In this document: piece after piece, positions 40,201 to 51,800 of the stretch
How the letters are laid out: each line of letters begins with the position of its first letter
Numbering within the stretch: the first letter of the stretch is position 1
Assembly: GCA_003344405.1 (NCBI GenBank)
Contig: NOWV01000192.1
Location: 62,001 to 126,000 of the forward strand
DNA: 64,000 nucleotides
Source of the DNA: Trichoplax sp. H2
Taxonomy: Eukaryota
Reading direction: 5' to 3'
The notes under the pieces: generated by a model
Databases searched by the model: none
What the model was told of the DNA's origin: nothing
Seen by the model: only the letters and a program-made list of their open reading frames with translations
Position numbers and translations under genes: made by a program

Positions 40201-43177
40201 CTGTAAGTATTTCATTTCTTAGAAAAATTAGCAAGAATAAATAAATTGTACAGTGTACATGATTCTATCTCGCTGAAAGCAGAAGCTAATAATATAATTA
40301 CACCTTATGGCAAGAAAAACGTATACCAATAAGCTAATATGTTGGATAATTTGTATGATTGCCTTGAAGTTAATTAAAATAAAATTTTTCTATTAGTTCT
40401 ATTAAATCAAATCCATTAGCGCTGCTAAATGATGTTTCATTTTATGGCTCAGCGGCATTAACAACTGTGTAAGTAAAAATCTTCCTAAGTTTATATTAAG
40501 TAGCATGCTATTAACAATTTCGGCTGTAATTTTACCATACTTTAGTCAATATCCATTATTGAAACGAACTTATAAAGCTCATGTATAAGTTTTCATTATG
40601 CATCTGTAAAATGAAATATATTCTTTGATGATGCGATCAACTTAATTTAATATCCAAGCATAAAATTCAAAAATTTAAGAATGATTGCCTAGCACGCTTC
40701 TGTCTAATACAGACCTTCAAATATTGACAGCTACCTTGCCTATAGCAAGGTGCATCATAAATAGATTTAAGAAGAATCGCGGTATCATCTTACAACCACA
40801 GCAATGTGATAAATATCAATTTATTCCAATATCAGAGTGATCAATAAATAATTAAGGAGTAATATACCGGTAGACTTTATCTTTCAGTCGTTTTCATCCA
40901 TTATCAGAATTATCTATACGAAATTATACCCATATATCAAGGAAGCAGACAGAAATTAATATCAAACGGGCGAGTCATTGCCAATGGGCAAATTACTTCT
41001 AATCTTGAGCTTAACAAACTCGTATTATTCTGCATGTAAACAATTGGCTTGATCAGCTACTACCTTCTTATAGTAGTAGGAATTTACTGAATTAGACATC
41101 ATTTATCGCATAAATGATATAAAGTAAACAAAATTAGCGATGAAATAATAATTTTTAAATTTTAACAGTGCGAAAGCATTCCTAGTAATTTATATCTAAC
41201 GATAATAATTATTAAGTTGGGCGTGTTCGACTTACTCCTCGTATCCAAATTACAAGCTATTACAGTACTTGAAAATTAATCTTTGATGTTCAGTTGTTCA
41301 CATGTTGTGGGTGGTACGCCTATATATTTTCTGAACCATTTTTGGGTAATTTTATGTAGAGACTTTATGCCTAACTCGTTAGGGTTTTTTCTAAATCTTT
41401 TCTATCCTTTTATAATCCAACGTCAACTAGAGCCTCCACACGTGCTTATTTATGCTGTATAGTTCCCGCCAAGATTACAACATGTACGCCAACTCCAGAT
41501 TTAGATTCAGCCTCAAGCTGTGAAAATATACTGGCTCATACATCTTTACAATTAGCTGTTTGGATTATGGGTATTGCAGCGTTTATAGGAAATATACTTG
41601 TTATCGTTATGCATCGCACCAGTAACGATCAGAAAATGACGAAAGCTACGGAACTCGTATTTAGCAATTTAGCCCTGTCAGATTTTTTAATGTCATTGTA
41701 TTTGTTTATTATTGGTGTTGCTGATCTAATGTATCGAGATCGTTACGCTCAATATGCTGAAGAATGGCTTAGTAGTCCAGCTTGTTTTATAGCATCATTC
41801 TTAATATGTACATCAAGCTTGATGTCGGTTATTATGATGTTATTTATCAGTATCGATCGATATACTATTACTGCTAATCCATTTGCATCATCGGATGGAA
41901 GATATAAACGGACTAAAATAGCATTAATACTTGGATGGCTTTTAACATGCACCTTCGTTGGTGTACCAACTATAATGGGTATCAATCAAATTGGAGATAG
42001 ACGTTTACATGAATTCAGTTCTATTTGCTCTCCGAGTAATCTAAACAATCCATTCTACGCTGGTTGGACATTTTCCTTTGTTATAATTCAACTTATTTGT
42101 TGGATTATAACATTAATAGTCTACGTAATGTTAGTAATTTCAGTCAGTAAAACTCAACGATCCGTTCGTAGCAGTGCTCAATCTCGCAACTCTGCAATAG
42201 CGATTCGATTATCATTAATTTTAATTACAGATTTGATTGCCTGGTTACCAATTTATATAGTTTCCGCAATTACCATAATTCAAGGCAGATTAAATGTATT
42301 TACATTACAATTTGCGATCATTTTGGCTATACCACTAAATTCAGCAATAAATCCCTACATTTATACTGCTACTGGGACAGCTTGTTTCAATCGATTAGTT
42401 ACAAGAGGATCGAATAGAAAATCAGCGCAGCCGTCACATAAACAAATCTCTAATTTGCAATTGTTAACGTGCAATACTAGCTCTGTAACTCACGATAAAT
42501 CAGCCATTAATCAAGAAAATGTTGTTAATCAAGAAATGCAAAATCCCGCTGAAACATCTAACATCTGTTATGAAAACAATTGTGATAACTGTGATAACTG
42601 CATGACTGAAGGATCAGTCGGTGAAGTTCATTCTGGTAACAATGAAATAATTAGATGTAATTCTATTTATCAAAGTATCAATTCTTCATTCGCTAGCAAC
42701 CTTTCATATGTATCCGCTGATACTGCAACTATCAGAAATAATGCCGATATAAGCGATGATATCAACCACAAGAGCAAATCAACTCATGATAAAAACAGTC
42801 TTATACCCCATAATGATGTTTCGGATGCTGATCGTATTAATGCTAATGATGACGTAGGTATTATAAATCCTATGTTCTACGATCTTGATGGTCTAAATGC
42901 TAGAGAAGCCAGTCATAGGCAAGAACTTTTAAATAATAATGAGGATACAAAACATCACCAAACAACTGGCGCCCAAGATTTAAGAAAGTTTTGCTACGAG
43001 TTTGTTCCCAAAAAGCCACATAATGCTGTTGATTTGAAGATGAATAGCTGTAATAACATCAGTACACTTTATACAAATATGGAAACAGCTGATTCTGATG
43101 AAGGATTTCATCCTGCTCCATCGTTATCGAAGCTATCCTATCGTGATTTCGTATTAAAAAGGAACAACACATGGTAG
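13145..43177 (+). CDS. Complete giant LGR-type LRR-GPCR paralog 2 (63 coding exons, 60 LRR exons, ~2116 aa)
   Basis: Signal exon 13145-13208; LRRNT exon 16927-17044; LRR exons starting at about 17209, 17445, 17690, 18231, 18627, 19014, 19259, 19701, 19953, 20706, 20954, 21315, 21566, 21890, 22104, 23632, 24476, 24657, 24914, 25901, 26074, 26289, 26486, 28018, 28203, 28365, 28549, 28739, 29021, 29343, 29533, 29778, 30653, 31231, 31461, 31624, 31900, 32074, 32478, 32718, 33048, 33230, 34413, 35924, 36148, 36358, 36533, 36823, 37023, 37221, 37442, 37646, 37869, 38624, 38888, 39278, 39806, 39963, 40131, 40397; terminal exon 41431-43177. All open, GT-AG; summed length 6351 nt, divisible by 3. Confidence 0.88.
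14974..16212 (+). mobile_element. Element F (middle layer of triple nest)
   Basis: Interrupts family E with perfect TSD GTATC; ends GCTCCGTAAACA, resembling the end of element D. Confidence 0.78.
15534..16155 (-). mobile_element. TG...CA element family A, copy 2 (innermost)
   Basis: TGTCACA...TGTCACA, perfect TSD GTAAG; inverted homolog of 7579-8208. Confidence 0.9.
16927..17044 (+). CDS. LRR N-terminal cap (LRRNT) exon of paralog 2
   Basis: VSPCPQSCSCPIDSVINCQNPLMTTFP fits the CPxxCxC...C...P LRRNT pattern; phase 1 to phase 2. Confidence 0.9.
22679..23173 (-). mobile_element. TG...CA element family B, copy 3
   Basis: TGTCACGGTAC...TTTGTGACA, TSD ACTAT/AATAT; inverted homolog of 3727-4167. 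Confidence 0.75.
26733..27309. mobile_element. Degenerate TG...CA-type element I
   Basis: TGTCATA...CGTGACT, TSD CTACT/TTACT; single copy here, supported only by termini and size. Confidence 0.4.
27379..27730. mobile_element. Degenerate TG...CA-type element J
   Basis: TATTACGGTG...TTTGTGACA, TSD TGTAT/TATAT; ends resemble inverted family B/D ends. Confidence 0.45.
29913..30481 (+). mobile_element. TG...CA element family A, diverged copy
   Basis: TGTTACA...TGTAACA (perfect 7-bp inverted ends), perfect TSD GTATG. Confidence 0.88.
33637..34257 (+). mobile_element. Family E, uninterrupted copy
   Basis: CGTCACGAAAG...GGTAACA, TSD GTTAG/GGTAG; colinear with 14708-14973 plus 16213-16574. Confidence 0.85.
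35016..35621. mobile_element. TG...CA element D (nested in B4)
   Basis: TGTCACA...CGTAACA, perfect TSD CTACA. Confidence 0.82.
35312..35414. repeat. 22-bp minisatellite (about 4.5 copies) inside element D
   Basis: Unit CGCGATAATCGCACGATAAATG, itself two related 11-mers. Confidence 0.9.
41431..43177 (+). CDS. Terminal exon of paralog 2: hinge, 7TM and C-tail
   Basis: Acceptor ctag at 41427-41430, in frame with ORF 41567-43177; same hinge, DRY and NPYIY motifs as paralog 1. Confidence 0.95.
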
Positions 43178-43402
43178 TTTCTGGATAACAACTAATCAGA
43201 CATCCAATCACAAGTGTCTAGACAATACAAGTCTAATATAAATCGTAGGTGACAAAATTTCCTTGCTGCCTTTCAACCTTTATCTGCCAGTTTAAATATA
43301 TACGCTTACCATTATATACTGTGAAAACATCTATAAAATAGAATACACGCGATTAAATAAATTTATTAGCTAATGTCTTGCACGAATGGATTATAGTATC
43401 AA

Positions 43403-43904
43403 TGTCACAATTTCAACTCTGCAACTAAGAAACGTACAGTAAAAGTCTATAAGTAACTACTGATTCAAAAGCTCTTTCACTAAACGTTAAATGCAAACAT
43501 TGAAATACCGTAAAGATAGAACTTTGATTAGCATAAGCAAATCTACAACTTTTCTTTACACAACTTAACTCAATTTTTCCCGCCCATATAGCAACCATGT
43601 AATCTGTAAGCAACAAGAGTATTATTATTGTTCTACATTGGAAGAGACATTTCGAATTGAGATGTTCCTTACATAGCTTTTCTATCAGTAAATATTTTTA
43701 ATCTCTCACTCATACTTAATCTTAATCTAAGCATGTATGTTATCTAGTTCAACTATCATTGGCTAGAACTTGAATCACCTCACTACTATGTATATACATA
43801 ATGAGGCATTACTTATCTTACCTAGCACTACAAATATGGATATTTTCCATACTAGCTACTACTGCAGTATTAAACTATCCTGCCATGAAGGTATCACCCT
43901 AACA
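43403..43904 (-). mobile_element. Family H, inverted copy
   Basis: TGTCACAATTTCAACTC...CCTAACA, TSD ATCAA/ATCGA; reverse-complement match to 1514-2057. Confidence 0.8.
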
Positions 43905-46900
43905 ATCGAATAAAGATAAACTCAACTGTCTAGTACATTTAATACACTGAAATGTCATAAGAATTGCTAATTGAAAATTATAAACGACATACCAAGCTAT
44001 AAATTTTGCAAAATAGAAATATTATAATATGATCGGACGTTAAAATCTAGGATCAACCCTTTCCACCATAAAGATACGCAGTTCACTAATTCTATTTTCT
44101 CTTAAATGCCTCTCCACAAGTGTTAGTATACTAGAAATAATCTAGATTATAGTCACTAGACTATGTGATAAAAATTGCTCGTCCAATTTAAAGGTTATTG
44201 AATGATAATCTTGAGCTATCTCATAAATCTAGGGGTAGTAGGTAAGACGACTTATCTTAAGGAACTACCTTTCCAATATTAATGCTATGTTGTAGAAGTG
44301 CTTTCATGCTAATCATGTAGCGTGTTGTTTACAGTCTCGGTATCATATTAAAAGTCGCCTTTACGAGAGAATGTATGCTATAGTAAATCATAATGATTTA
44401 TATTGTAAGTTACAGCAGTAAGTCGGTACCATTCATGCATTGCATTGATTGATATTGAGTGTCTTTAGGACAATGACGGGTTACCGTTATGTCTTTTGAG
44501 TCACTAAGTGGATGTAATAGGAATTCTATCCGTAATATTAAAATGGCAGTAGATACGATGAGGGTTCCGGTAGGAAATCCTTGCCTAGCTCATATTAAGA
44601 GTTGTATTTTATGTTGTAATAAATTCTTTTTCAACTTAAAATTAATAATACGGTTTGACTAAATTACAATCTGTCATGTTTTTAATGTTTTAGTAACGTT
44701 GACCTCCTTTAATTGCATATCTGCTGTTAACTTGCTTTATACTATCTTATTTTAAGTCTAAGTTTAAGAGCTGGTTATTGTTGGTTGTAAGTTATTATTG
44801 TTGTAGACTGTTACTGAGTACGGCTAAAATAAAGTCGTCGCCTAATGTAAGTTATACTTTTAGCTACTATTCCTTTGAGTCTGTCTAGGAAGGTAATTCT
44901 AGATATTTTATGCCTCTTAGACTTTTGTGGCAACTTGCTATACTTTTCAAAACATATCGCAGTAACTGGTATGAATGCCCATTTATAGATTAAATGCATA
45001 AGTCAGTATAATTCTGATATCGACTGAGCTAAATTCATACTATTGATGTTGAGCTTTGTATTGTTTTCTAAACGACTCCAAAGTAAGACTTGTTAGCAAA
45101 TCTAACTGTCAATAAAAACAGTGAAAGCTTTAAAATATTTCCTATTCTGATTCCGTCATTTTACAATTGCAAGATTTTCATTACAAAATTATTAATTTTT
45201 GTGCCATAATAATTAGATATATTTATTAACGTTAGTCTGATATTAGTATGCATGCCATCCATAGTATTAGCTAGCAAACTTTTGAAGAGTATTACTCTTT
45301 TTCTTTACTGCCTTACATTGGTCTAAGAAAGATTCCGATAAATTTTACTTTCGTTGTAACACCGCATGTTCCTATGAAGCTATGATTTAGTCTAAATAAA
45401 GAATGCTAGCCTTTAATTTTTAAATCATAACAGAACCATCACCTTCTTTCTTCTGTGGTGGATTTACTATCGGTATTTAATTTCCTAACGGCCGTATTAC
45501 GTGATAGCTAAAGAATTAATGAAATTAGATAGTGCTGAAATTATTAAAAATATATCCAGTCCAATTTATCATATTTTCTAGGGTAATAAGCGGTCTATTC
45601 AACTTATACCTCTTTATTCCCTGTTTTTCCTGTATTTAAAATTAATTCTTTTTTTCTAGTAGTTTACGTTTTCTTATTTTTTAGTCTCTTATCTGTAATT
45701 TATTTTCCTTATGAAGACTCTTACTGTTCAATTAACTAATCCTATTTTATCTTTGATATAATTTTTAATAAATCAGCGACAGAAATTGATTATTGCGACT
45801 ATGATTACTGAGCCGTTACATGTCCAAGTTTTTAACATAACATATATAATAGACAAACATAGTAACATGCATAGTTGAAACACTTCAAAGATTATATTGA
45901 TGTCGACAGACATTTATACAAATGGAAATAATGACGTGTAATTATTACATCTTTTCACAAGTTTTAAGAGAGTTTTTGGCTATGAAGTAATTTTTTACCG
46001 CTAAATATGGCCATAATTATATCTTTTAGGACAAAAATAGGCTAAGGAAATCTGTCCAATATTCTTATCATTTCTATTTTTCGAAATTTAGTTGGGATGC
46101 TGAAGTAAAGCTTTACAACAGAGCTCTAATGAATTTTTTTAAACTGGGAAAAATTATGTTATAAACTATGTTTTGGTTAGCAATCTGTGATCTCATAATT
46201 GAAATGGTAGTTTTTACTAAGTATCAGCAAACATATCAAATACACAAAATAGTGTAGGACAAAATGCAGAGTCCTTTATAGCTTTTAGCATGTAACTATT
46301 ATTACTTTACCATCAATAATACTTAGAAAGTGATAGTATCTTTAAGTTTTACCCGGCCAAATCATGATGTCTCCATCTTTTCTTCTTCACTACTTCACAA
46401 AGTATTCTATAGATCAATATAGAAATAACCTAGGAGCAATCGCCTAATCTAAGGAAAGGGCGTTCGATAGTCTATTGGGATTGTAAATGAATTTGATTTA
46501 GTAGCAAAGCCATATTCATAGAGAAAGGGGATTTACAACATGACAGTAAAGTAGTGTAATGTAGGTTATAATCGTACAGTTACCGCACAACTTCATGCTA
46601 AAAGATCAGCTGTCAATGCTAATGTCAGAAAAGTAGTCATAGTTGTCAATATAAAATTTTTTTGTTAAGCGATTATGTGATCTTTATAAAATTCGGATTT
46701 TGGGGATTCAGATTCCGGAACTGGTCGGATCTATGTCCGATATAAATTTTGTATTTTAATTTTTGGAAAATGTTGTAAGAGTTGATTTATGAAATTTAAA
46801 CTTTTCGTTGTGAATTTACAGCTTGGAATTTTATGACGTGACATGAAAGTTACATTAGGAAAGTTTAGTTGAGGAAATAGAGAATAAGATGGCAAATGGT

Positions 46901-48836
46901 AGAGGTTGTGTTGATTATTAATTGGTTAGACTGTTATATTTAAGACAAAATCTTGATGCTTAAAGGTTAATTTTTAGACTTTTATAATGTTATAATGATT
47001 AGAAATTATGTTCGAAGTGAAGCTTGATGTATTTTATAGTTAGGTTTTTGATTTTATAGTGTTTTGTAAGGGAATCAAAAGGTAAACTATGTCTGAACTT
47101 TGAATGATTTTTTTATTTTTAAGCGGTTCAAAGTAATTTTCTAAAGTGAATCTTAAGAGCGATTGGTTAATAAATGTTTATTTTAAATCCCACTGACGGC
47201 TCTGCGAAGCCTATAAATGATAATCCAACCAGAAAATTTAGAGTAGAGAGTTAAAAAAGATTCTTTTTAAGAACTTGTTGAATTTTAAAGGCCTTTGAAG
47301 TCGAACTGTAGTAAGTGAAAACGTTCTTCTTTTTTTAAGTTATTTGATTGTTGACAGTTACAGTTCTGTCATTAATTTTTTTATTTGTTCACTTACAAAA
47401 CTTAGAATTAAGTATTTGGAAGGTTATTTAATCTGACTCTCTCTCGTTTTCTTAATAAATTGTTGATTGGTTGTTTCCTTCGTTTTTATTTGTTGTCAAA
47501 GTTGCATTAAGTCGACCAATGATTAAAGAAAGCAGAATCAAAGTTTATTAGAAGTTTAGTAGCTTGATTTCTACACAATTCATTCCATTAAAATAGGACA
47601 CTATAAAAGCCTCAGTTATTGCAATAGGGTAAATTTAACTTTTTAAATAGCAGTAAGAAACACCTATAGCTAAAACTTTTGTTGTTTTGACAACCAAGTT
47701 TAAATTACATAAAAATATTATTGTTGACCAATTGCAAAAAGCAAAACTTATATCATTCCGCGATAAATTACCCATGTTGATACCGACATATGGCTAGTTA
47801 AATCTACTGTATCTAACCATTCTATCTGCAACATAATTAAATTAACTAATTAAGACTGTTGTTTAGTTTTAACAGCAATTGTTATATTTCTGCCTAATCT
47901 AGGCTAAATGTATACTATGGATTCAAGCCAATTATTATATAGTACTAACAAAGATAGCTACTATAATGATTCAGCAGCATATCTGGCTGTTTTGCTCTAG
48001 AAGATAATTATTTACCTGCTGAGTATGAATCCCATTCCGTGAACTACTATACTTATACGAATATATAACTAATGACCTACAATCCATTAGTTAGCTACCA
48101 TAAATTCTAAAAATTTAAGAGTCAATACTTATTGACCCCGGTCGTTCATCTATTTATTAGACATATTGTTCTAATTTGGTGCCATTGACTTTAATAAATG
48201 AATTAACAAAGATTTTAGATATGAGTAACGAAACAATTTCAATTAAATTGGAATATAACATAAGGCGCTGGAATGCATTTAGCAGTGAAATTATTTAATT
48301 GAAGAAACTTGCTTGCTTTTTATTTGCGTTAAAACATATCAAATTTTTGGTTTCACATAATCGATTCGAAGAAATTATTTCCTATGATAGCTTCTTTCTG
48401 AAGCGATAATCATTCGGTAAAGAAATTTAAAATTTTTAATGAATAGTAGCTTTTTATTGATACCTTACTTATATCTAAGTAAATCTAGGTAAGTAGATTT
48501 TGTAAAAAGTATAGCATTTATGAATTTCTATATTTATCAACACCGAAACGATATCTTCTGATTCGCTGCAAAGACAACATCTTTTTTAATCTAAATTTGT
48601 AAAGTAATGAAACAGCATATTCAACGTGACAAAAAATCTTTATAAACTATATCGTAGTTAGGATTTCGAAGCGTAATAGGTATCATGCAAATATTTGCTT
48701 CTTTAGAGCATTAGATCAGCAAAGTCCTCAGTTAAATAAATTGATACAATTTATGAACTATCTGCTGTACTTTCCAGTACTTTAATCTTACCAATTAAAT
48801 CAATTAAAAGGTATCCTGAATAATATACCGATAATC

Positions 48837-51800
48837 ATGGCATTACTATCTATTTTACTTTGGCATTTCGCTTTCCTTTCTGGCTATCTACATGCCTCAG
48901 GTATGAAAATTTCGTTAACTTTTATTTCGTACTTAACTACTACAAATAGAAGAATGTAACAAGTAGTGTATATTCTAAGCAACTATGACATCTAATGAAA
49001 CATATTTTTCGACTTTCAATTCGGTAAAGTATGAATATAAACCAGTTACGAATTGTTCAATCTTCTTCAAGTATCTTGCTAATCAATATTTCAATAATGA
49101 TGATGTACTATTGTGATGTACTATAGTGATAAAATCCAATCACAAAAATTCCAAAGTTATAGAGAATTAAAACTTTATTAGATCGAATACAAAGACTAGC
49201 TACACATAGCTCTACTCTAGCCGAATATAACTATTGAAGGACTTCTAGAAAGAACGAACTGAATAGCCTAAAGTTGCCAGCTTATATTCATTTCATGGCA
49301 GTCACAGCCACAATCAACATAGCAACAGTCTACCTTAATTTACACAAAGTCAAATTATTATTAGTGACAACATTTTACAGCAGACCATCATTAATCCGAT
49401 ATGGAAACAACTACTACAGTATTTCCGTAGATATTATTCTTAGCGGTTAAAGTACGGTAAACTAAGCATATCCTAATATATGAATTACAGTTCTATTTTT
49501 TTATCTCTAGCCTTAATAGTAACTCAACACCTTACTATATACTGTATAGTTATCTGTACTATAGCATAGAATCTACCATTACAGTCCACAGTAGCGAGCT
49601 ACCAAAACACGTCTTAAGATAAATATAGAAAATTACGCTTCCGTACATCTTACTAACATAGCTAAAAGTCTACAATCACGATACTACGTTTCGTTAGAAC
49701 TGTCTAAATTAACGTACAGATACTTTTCTCAAGAATTGCCTTGTTACAGGACATCCTAAATATTAGTTATAAACCGTTGTCTAATGATCGATACAAGTCG
49801 ATACACCTAGTTTTACATACTATAAGTCACAGAGATTAAATATTTAGTTTTTTTTAAGGTTATCTGAAATTTGCTGCTGATTCTAAACCACTTATTGTTA
49901 CAATTTTGACCGAATACAGTTCGGATTGATTCGTGATAGTTAGTCATACCGCGTTAGTGTGTAGTAGTATAGTACGTCTGTACTCATAATATTTAAATAT
50001 TTGTACAACGTTACAGCTGTTGGTTTTTAGTGATTTTACTCATTCGATTCTAGTCAGTCAACTCATCATGGTTGCTGTTAGTAGTTGCCAGTTTACGGCA
50101 ATCATTAGTAATTATAATTGCTTGAGAAGTCTAAGTGCCATCGTATGCGCTGTTTGATTTAGTTACGTTCAGTGGTGAGATCCATCGTGATCTATATGAT
50201 CTCAGTTAGACCGTAAGGTCAAATAATATTCAGCGTTGTCTTGTATCATTCTTGATCTCAAATAAAGAGTAACCTAGGACTAACAGATATTGGCCAGGTA
50301 TTGATTATTTGCGTAGAAGTAGTCCAATTAGTACATTAATCCGAGTAACTATAGAACTTTCCGTATCTGCGGATGAATTAGTTCTAATACAATACGTTAG
50401 ATATACTGAACTGTAACACTTATATATATAAATTATAGCTTATTATTATAGGTAATCTAATATGTATTTAAATATCAAGACTAATATTTATAGAACATTT
50501 CTTCAAATTACATAGTTAACAATTGTTAGCCAGCATTGTATAGTGGCTCGTGAGCTTGCCAAGTTTAATCATTATTCAGCATTTATGCTATTGCGCGTGA
50601 AATGGATACAGCATGTATAATGATAAAGAAAATTTTAAATATAACAAGGCCGATACGCATTAGGAGCAAGCTAGAGATATAAAGTTATAAAATAAATATA
50701 AAATGAAAAAAACGTTATGCACTGCGTTTTATTGTAAATAAAAGTTCACAACTTTGATTATCATCAAGTCTAATTTAAAAACTTTCTACTATGAGTAAAG
50801 TTTCCACATCTATTGTATCTCAATAACTTTGAATTAAATCCGCGTAAAGAAGCGATTATTAAAGCCTTGGCAGTTCCTTACCATTATGTACTATAATAAC
50901 AGTAACATAGTACTGTATAAAAATTTACGATAAAGGTAGTAGAATAGGTCATGGATAATAAATCTAGTTAATAGATATTTGGAAAGAGTGTTAAGATGGT
51001 ACATTTAAGTAAATAAACCAACTGATTGCTGTATGTCCAGTGTCAATAATGAAATAAACTTTATATTTATATCTTTCCTTGCAACGGTGTAATAGTACTT
51101 CAATGTCCTCAAACTTGCACTTGCCCGAGTGCTTCGTATATAGGCTGCACGGATGCAACCATGACTACTTTTCCAACTGCAAAAGTAATGATGGCTAACG
51201 TCACACAATTGTGAGTATATTACGACACTTTCACTATAAGTGCACTTATCAAACTAAGATTTTAGCTACAATAAAAATCTTATCTAACTTAATTCACTTA
51301 TGTAAGCAAGTGAGAACTATCTCTAAATTCAGTTTAGCCGTGATTTATACCTTAGAAATGCAAGGCTTAAATATAAAATGTTATAATTTTTGAAAATAGA
51401 AGGATTACTGGCACCTTAATTTGGAAAGTTAATGAAAATAGCCTATCTAATTATCCAAGCTTAAAATGGCTGTAAGTCAAACATAGTTATAGATACGCCT
51501 ACTAATACCTCGTTAATGTTAACTCACTAAGTCATCTCCAAATGATTATCACAAATAAATAAATGATCTAATTTATTAATAGATTTTCACTTCATGACTG
51601 ATTTCAATTTAGATACTTGAACAAAAATAAAATACAAAAGATTGAAGATGGTGCTTTTGCAAGACTGTATAATTTACAAGTACTGTAAGTTAAAATAATG
51701 TAAGATGTGTTAATGGTTTCCCAGCGAGAATATTCTTAATTATTCTATTAATTTGAACTATTGCAAAATTGTAATTACTACAATTTGCAAGTTCTGTTAA

